Notes under the pieces: generated by a model | Told to the model about the DNA's origin: nothing | Seen by the model: the letters and a program-made list of their open reading frames with translations, nothing else | Database searches by the model: none | In this document: positions 52,036-61,000 of the stretch, one piece after another | How positions within the stretch are numbered: position 1 is the stretch's first letter | How the letters are laid out: every line of letters begins with the position of its first letter | Virus record (IMG/VR): IMGVR_UViG_3300032240_001498 | Coordinates: 64,001-128,000 of that record | Strand: one strand, 5' to 3' | Origin: a virus | Lineage: Duplodnaviria; Caudoviricetes | Length of the DNA stretch: 64,000 nt | Position numbers and translations under genes: made by a program

Positions 52036-55000
52036 ATGGCAAAAAACACACGCAATGAATTAACTGATGTTTATAATTTAAACGATCCTAGTCACACAAG
52101 AAAGACCAGCGATCTACTACCTGCCTATCTTCAAACAGATAAAAACATAAAATTTTTATCAAGTACACTAGATAGATTAGTTGAAGTTCCCCGTGTCGAG
52201 AGAATCAGCGGATATGTAGGAAGCAAGATAACATCAACCTACAATCCATTAAAAGATCAGTATATTAGTAGTGTATCAAAATTAACTCAGGATTATCAGC
52301 TAGAACCAGGATTGGTTGTAAGAGACGAAAACAATGAAATAACTCATGCAGTAAGCTACGATGATCTAATAAATCAGTTGTCATATTACGGTGCAACAAC
52401 AAATAATCATGACAAAATTTTACGACCAACTACGTATTCTTATGATCCTAAGATAGACATCGATAAGTTTGTAAATTATACACAATACTATTGGTTAGAA
52501 GGCGGCCCGGATCCAATAGAAATCACAGGCATGCAAAATGCTACGGTCAGTGAGTATACTGTCACTGACGGTGGCGCAACTATTGATACTTTTACAACTG
52601 TTGATCTTAAAACAATCAGTAGTGCAAATAATGCCACAGTTTTTATTTTTACACCAAACGGTTTAACTCCGGATCCAACTGTAACTTTTTACAGAGGTAT
52701 GACCTATGTATTGAATGTTACTTCAGTACATAATCTTTATATAAAGACTGCTCTGTCTTACGGTCAAGCAGATCAATATACAGGTGTAATTAACAACGGT
52801 TCAAAAGACGGACAGATTATTATTACTGTAGACGATCTAACACCAGATGTATTATATTATGTAGCAGGCGACGACACCCGTGTTGCAGGAAAGATTGTTG
52901 TCAAGTCCATGCTCGAGAATACAGAATTAAATGTCGAGACAGATCTTATAGGAAAGAAAGTATATCGTTCTGGAAATAATGTTGTCTTGTCGAACGGAAT
53001 GGTAATCTATTTTCCAGATAGTGTATTTCCAGAATCTTATGCTAGAAAGCGTTGGATAGTTGAAGGTGTAGGTACTGCAATCACATTGATAGATTTTGAC
53101 AGTTTACAAAATAACGTAGATTTATCAAATAATCTTGACACTAATTTTGATGCACAACGGTTTGATGAATACCCGTTTGATGATTTTAGAAACGCACCAA
53201 TAACTCCGGACTATGTTACAATCAATCGTGCCAGTCTTGATAGAAATCCGTGGTCTCGGTATAACCGTTGGTTCCACGCCGGAATAATCGAAGCATCTGC
53301 TAAGGCCAACGGAGTCCCTTCAGTATACCCTCAAGATAAACGTGCCCGCCGACCTATTATTGAATTTCAGCCAAATATCAAACTATTCAACTTTGGAGTG
53401 ATTTCAAAGCCTAATGCCCATTTAATGGACACAGTAACAACTGACACGTTTTTTGCAGTTGAAGGAAGCGCAGGATATTATGTCGACGGCGTACTACTAG
53501 AGGAAGGCTACCGTGTTATTTTTAATGCTGACCTCGATCCATTAGTAAGAGGAAAGACATTTGTAGTTAAAATAGAAACAGTTAATGGTAATCAAATCAT
53601 TAACCTGATTGAAGATCTAACATCTACTCCATCAGTTGGCGATGCTGTTGTTACTGCTGAAGGATCTATTTACAGAGGATCTAGTTGGTGGTGGGACGGC
53701 ACCAGTTGGATTTTGGCTCAACAGAAAACAGGATTAAACCAAGCCCCTGTGTTTGACCTATTCGATCCTAATGGAATAAGTTACAGCGACACTACTCATT
53801 ATCCCGGAAATTTTTCTGGAACTAGACTATTTGGATATACAGACGGTACTATATACGATCCAGTATTAAACCTTAATTTAAAATATCTCAATGTGGCAAA
53901 CATTGGCGATTTTCTTTTTACAAATTATTTTAATACAGATACATTTTCTGTAGCATCGGCAACAGGAACAACCATAGTCCCTGTGTCTTCTGGATTTTTA
54001 AAAATATCAGATAAATTTGCAAATGCCTGGGTTAGATCAGCTACTATTCAAATTCCTATTTTGCAGTATCAAGTAATTGAAACAATAACAAACTCTATAG
54101 AAGTCAACGCTATTGATTATGCAGGTTGGCAAACTGACCTAACAATAGATGTTTTTGTTAACGACGTCAAAAAAATAAAATTTGTTGATTACGAAGTAGT
54201 TCCTGAAAATCAATATTTGATTGTAGTATTCAAGGCTAACTTGGCTATTTCTGATAGGGTCTTATTCAAACTCTACACCACAGCAGTTCCTAATGCAAAC
54301 GGAACCTACGAGCCTAGTTTAAGTTTGACAAACAATCCGTTGAATGGCCCTATTACACAGTTAACGTTGGCAGAATTCACTAACCAACTGCAATCTATTT
54401 CTGAAAAAGTGCCGTTCTTTACAGGATCCGCACTAGGGTCTAATAATTTACGTGACTTAGGAGATACTGCACAATATGGTAAACGGTTAATCTCTCATGT
54501 TAGTCCGTTATCATTTGCCCACTTTTTTATTGGCTTAAAAGAACACAGCATCATTAATGCAGTAAAAAAAGTATCAGACGATTATCAAAATTTTAAATCT
54601 ACTTTCTTAAAGGCAGTCGATGAGATAACAAATGCAATAACTCCTAGAGATGCAGTTGACCAAATCCTATCTACAATTAATGCAGGTAAGGACATAATGT
54701 TTCCATACGGATATTCCGATATGGTGCCATACGGGCAGGATTATGTATTAAGAACTTATACTGTAACAGATTTAAGAATTACAACATACGCTCTTCCTTC
54801 AATTGTTAATCTAGTAGACGTTAATGATAACGCTGTAATAATTTACATCAACGGTTCTCAGGCGATGTTAAACATTGACTATACTATTCCTTCAACAGAT
54901 CCTAGTGTAACGTTTGTTAAAAAATTAAACCTTGGCGACCTTATTGAAATAAGATCCTATGCAACTACCCAAGGATGTTATGTTCCTAATACTCCATCAA

Positions 55001-58000
55001 AATTAGGCCTGTATCCTAGCTTTAGTCCATCAAGGTATTTTGATACAACTTATACAACACCGTCATTTGTAATTGAAGGCCATGACGGAAGTATCATGCA
55101 GGCCTACAATGACTATAGAGATGATATTATTTTAGAATTAGAAAAAAGAATTTTCAATAATATAAAATCAAACTCAGTATACTCTCCTAGTCTAGTTGAT
55201 ATCAATTCTGTATTGCCAGGAGCCTATAGAAATAAAGACTTTAGCTATTCTGAAATTTTTAAAATACTAAGTTCAGAGTTTTTAAAATGGACAGGAGCCA
55301 ACGGAGTTGATTATAGAAAAAATATAATTGCGGTAAACGAACCTCGAACTTGGAATTATAGAACTTCTGCAACTAATCCTACAAACAATTTACAACTTCC
55401 TGGTCATTGGAGAGGAATTTTTAAATATTTTTATGATACCGATCGTCCACATACTCATGCATGGGAAATGTTGGGATTCAGCGAACAGCCAGATTGGTGG
55501 AGATCACAATACGGTCCTGCACCTTTTACATCGGGTAATACACTCCTATGGACAGACTTATCATACGGTATTATTCGCCAAGGCCCTAGAGCCGGTGTTG
55601 ATTTAAATTATGCTAGACCCAATTTATTAGACATATTGCCAGTCACTGAAAACGGAACTCTATTAGATCCGCAAAGTATTGGCTTGGCTCAAAACGTTAT
55701 TTTTAATCAAACAAATGCAGAATGGATCTTTGGAGATCACGGACCTGCTGAAACTGCATGGAGAAGATCAAGCTCTTGGCCATTTGCTGTTCAGATATTA
55801 TTGGCCCTTACTAAACCTGCTGATTACGCCAGCATACTATTTGATACCAGTAGAATTCAACTATCAGTTGCAGGACAAACAGTATACGGACTAAACGAAC
55901 AACTATTGAAACTATCGGACCTTATCTTATACAGAGATACGATTGACGGAAAACTGCAATATGCGGCAGGATATAGTGTAATGCTTATTGAAGCAGGTCT
56001 TCAAAGAAATTTAAATTATATTGACAAACTAAAAGCAGATCTTGCAGGTGTTGATTATAATTTAATTTACAAAGCAGAAGGATTTTTAGATAAAGATAAA
56101 CTGGCAGTACGAATTGATTCAGTAGATCCGTCCAGCGTTAATCCCGGAGTGTTGTTACCTGCAGAAGATTACGCAATTCAATTGAATCAAAGTAATCCTA
56201 TTTTATCATTATCGATTAGTGGCATTATCGTTCAAAAGAGTCAAGGCGCCTACATTGTAAAAGGGTATGATTCTCTCAAACCTTATTTTACCATATTGAA
56301 TCCTATACATAGTTTTCAAGATACCAAAGTTACCCTCGGCGGCACTTCTGAGAATTTTGTAACATGGACTGAAAATAAATTTTATCAAACAGGTCAACTG
56401 GTATCGTATCAAAACAACTATTATAGAACAAAACTAAGTCATACTGCAACTACAACATTTAATTCTAGTAACTTTCAACAGTTAGCTGACTTACCAACAG
56501 TGGGTGGCGTTACTGTTGCAAAAGCAAGACAATATGAAACTGCGACTACTACTGTTTCATATGGTTCTACTCTGTTAACAATACAAGATGTCTACGACTT
56601 TTTAATGGGGTATGGCAAATATCTAGAAAGACAGGGATTCGTATTTGACTATTTTCAAACTGAGCTTAATTCAATACTTGACTGGGATTTTGCAACCAAA
56701 GAGTTCTTATTCTGGACAACACAAAATTGGATAGATGGATCAATAATCGTATTAAGCCCCTTTGCTCAACAAGTTAAATTTAAAACTGTTGATAGTTTAG
56801 GGAATCAGACCCTATACGGAATAGTCGATGATCTAACAGATCCTTACTATCAATACAACCTATTAACCGCAGACGGCACAGTATTTCCGTCCCAGCAATT
56901 TACTCTATCGAGAGAAGATAACCAATTTGTAATTGAGTCTTTGCTACCTAACACTGGTTTCTACTTTGCTCAAGTTAACATTATACAAAAACAACATGCC
57001 GTTATTTTTAATAATTTTAGTATGTTCAATGATATTGTCTACGACAAGGAAACAGGTTATCGTCAACAACGTATTAAACTAACAGGATTTAGAACCGCAG
57101 AATGGAATGGCGGGTTAACAACTCCTGGATTCATCTACGACGAAGCAGTCGTGGCTGACTGGCAACAGTATACAGATTACGCACCGGGGGAAGTTGTGCG
57201 ATATTCTGGAAAATACTATTCGGCCATCATGAAAGTTGATGGTTCTGCGGCCTTTGATTTTACTGGGTGGTGGGGATTAGGATTAAAACCTACTCCATCG
57301 TTGTTGCCAAACTTTGAATATAAGATCACTCAATTTGAAGATTTTTATAGTTTAGACATAGATAACTTTGATGTTGGTCAGCAACGTATGGCCCAGCATC
57401 TTACTGGATACACTCCGAGAATATACTTAGATAATATTTTTGATGATAGAATTGCACAGTATAAATTTTATCAAGGGTACATTAAAGAAAAAGGTACAGC
57501 AAACTCTGTTACTAAATTGGCCAAGGCCAGTCTTAATAACTTGCAAGGTCAGGTTGAATTTTTAGAAACCTGGGCTTTTAGAATTGGAGCATTTGGCGGT
57601 TACAATTCATACAAAGAATTGCAGATTAATTTAAGCGATCAGAAATTTGTTCAGAACCCTCAAATAATACAATTTACAGGATTCTCTAGCGTCAACAATG
57701 ATTTTATATATCGTGTACCGCAGAGCGATGTACTAATTGTACCAGACGACTATGATTATAACAAAGTATTTCCAACATTAGATACTAATTTTTCAGAATA
57801 TATTCCTGAAATACAAACAGCGGGATATGTTCGTGTTGACGATGTAACCGCTACAGCATACAATGTTAATAGTATTTTAGACATTGGTGATCCAAACTTA
57901 ATTGCAGAAGGCAGTACTTTCTGGTTAGGCTTTAGTCCTACCGGTAGTTGGGACGTCTTACGATATACAAGACAGAATGTACAGATTATCGATGTTACGG

Positions 58001-61000
58001 TTACTAATCCTGGTATTGGAATTCAATTTACTACTGCACAATCGCATGGATTATCAGTTGGGGAAATAGTCGCTGTTTCAAGATTTATTCCAGATCTTAA
58101 TAAGGTATATCTTATTACTTCTATTGAATCTAATACACAATTTACTGTTTCTAGCACGTTAACTGCGGTGCCATACTCGTCGGATGTATATATTGGAATT
58201 GTTTCTAAATTTGTTTCAGTTCGCTTTGGTAGCTTTGACGATCTAGCTTCCTTGCCGCGATTGACAACAACCAAGTATGGCGATAAAATTTGGGTTGATA
58301 ATGATGGTACTAAGAAATGGGCAGTTTACGAAAAGATTAACAATTACTCAGCTACTACTTATTCGGATGCAGTTGACAATACTAATCAACTGTATGGATT
58401 TTCGTTCAGCACAAATGAGTCAACTTCAACCTATGTAGTTAGTGCCCCTGGATTTTATGATAACAACTACGGCTACGGCAAAATATTTGTCTATGATAAA
58501 ACATCTACTAGAGATGTTAAAACAAATACAATATTCACTTACTCGTTGAAAGACTCTAGTCACGACTATTATCTAAGTACGGTATCTCCTGAGTTTGGTT
58601 ACAGTTTAAAATATGATGCAACCAATAATATAATTTTTGCAGGGGCCCCTGCAACCAGTAGAGTTCGTGGTGATGCAACAGGCACCGGTGATCTAAGGTT
58701 TGTAAATGATGCAAACAATGTAACGCCACTTGATAGAACTGGTATGATTAAAATTACTGCTATTAATAGAATATTAAATCAGCCAGTAACCTTAGCGGCT
58801 TTAACTACGCCCAACCCTACTTCAAATGGTCGATATGGCAACTCAATCGTAGCAAACTCTTCAGCAACTAACAAACAATTCCTAGTTGGAGCGCCTGGGG
58901 AAGGAATTGGTCACGTTTATAATTATACTATGACCATGGGGCAGTATAATACAAGTACTGTAACAGTTTCTGCGTTAACCGCATTATCAAATGCGAATCT
59001 TCCAACAGGAAGTTTCTTTGGTCAAAGTATTGCGGCCAGCGACGATCTTAGCATAGTGGCAGTTGGCGCACCAGGTGCATATACCGATACTGGTGTTGTA
59101 AGAATCTTTACTAAAAATTCTAACAATACATTTACAGCACTACCAGCTGATATTACAAAAGACACAACCGGCCCTGATGGTAAAGGCGGACTGAAAGGTT
59201 TGATTACATCAGGCGACTTGCTTGGTAACAAACTGGTAATGAGTAAAGACGGTCAATATCTGTTTATTAGTAGCCCAGGAACACAGTACGGATTGTATCA
59301 AGGTATGGTTAGTGTTTGGAAATGGAACGGATCTAAATTTGCATGGTTACAAAATCTAACACAGCCAAATAGAAATTCTAATACAATTTTTGGCTTTGAT
59401 ATTTCTGTTGACGACACCAAAGAAACGTTAGTTATTTCAAGTATCGGTACATTAGAATTACAAAATATTACCTTTGACACCTACATGGGATTATTGCCAA
59501 ATGCAACAGCACTATATGGTACAAAATATGTTAAAGACCCTGCAACAGATGTTCGACATGTAAAAACAACATTTGACAATCAATCAACGCGATTCTATAG
59601 TAATATAGAAGGTGCAGGTTCTGTTAGTGTGTTTAATAGATATCAAACATATTTCTCTTATGCACAGGACATACAATCAAATGCGATTACCACAGGTAGT
59701 GACTTTGGTTATTCAATTACACAATTAGGAGGAAACATTTATGTTGGTGCTCCTACTTCTGATACCTTAGCCGGAAAAAATAACGGACAAACATTTATAT
59801 TCCAAAAAATAGATAGATCTGTAAACAGCTGGAGTTTACTACGGTATGAAGAACCGTTAGTTGATCCTGCAGTTATCAAACGTCTCATGATAATCGATGC
59901 AGATAAAGACGTTATTACACAGTATCTTGAGATATTTGATCCTGTAAAAGGATATGTTCCGGGCGCAGCCGAGCAGGAATTGTCGTATAAAACAATGACT
60001 GACCCTGCCACCTACACTCTAGGAACCGGAAAAATATCAGTTGATACAAATGCCAATTGGACAGATACCCATGTTGGTGAGTTATGGTGGGATACCGGAG
60101 CTGTAAAATACTATTGGTATGAACAAGGTGATTTAGAGTATAGAAAAAATCAGTGGGGAACAACGTTTCCAGGGAGTGCTATTCAGGTATATGAATGGGT
60201 TAGCTCTGATTTATTGCCTAGCGAATGGGCGGCCGTGGCCGATACTAACAATGGATTGCTACGAGGAATAAGCGGTCAGCCTAAGTATCCTGACAATAGT
60301 GTACTATCAGTAAAGCAGGTTTATAACCAAGTTACCAACACATTTAGTAATGTATATTATTATTGGGTTAGAAACAAAACCACATTACCGGCCACTAGAA
60401 ATAGAAGAATCAATGCAATAACAGTTGCAGGATTAATTGCTGATCCTAAAAATCAATTAGTAGAACACGCTACAATTTTAAGACAAGATGCATTAGCGTT
60501 GGTTAATATTAAAGGATTGATCAATAACAATTCAACTAATTTACATATTAATTTTGATAGATTAACAAACTCAACCCCACGTCATACAGAATGGTTGCTG
60601 TTACAAGAAGGAGATCCTTATAGTAGTCCTTCTGTAATGTTAGAGCAAAAACTAATAGACAGTTTGGTTGGCTATGATAAGATTGGTCAACCTGTTCCAG
60701 ATCCTTCACTTTCAGTACAGCAACGATACGGCATTAATGTAAGACCCCGTCAAACAATGTTTGCTGATAGAATAGAAGCATTGAGAACGGTGTTAGAATG
60801 GACTAATACTGTTTTATTAGAAAATAGAATTATAAGTTTAAAATCAATTCCTAACCTAAAGATGATGGAACAAATTCCATCTTCTGAAGAAAATGCTTGG
60901 GATCAAATTGTCGAAACAAACTATCAACTGGACCTCATTGAAACTAAGGCATTAAGACAAGCGCAGTTAGTATGTACTATCAATAGTAATGGCGGAATTG

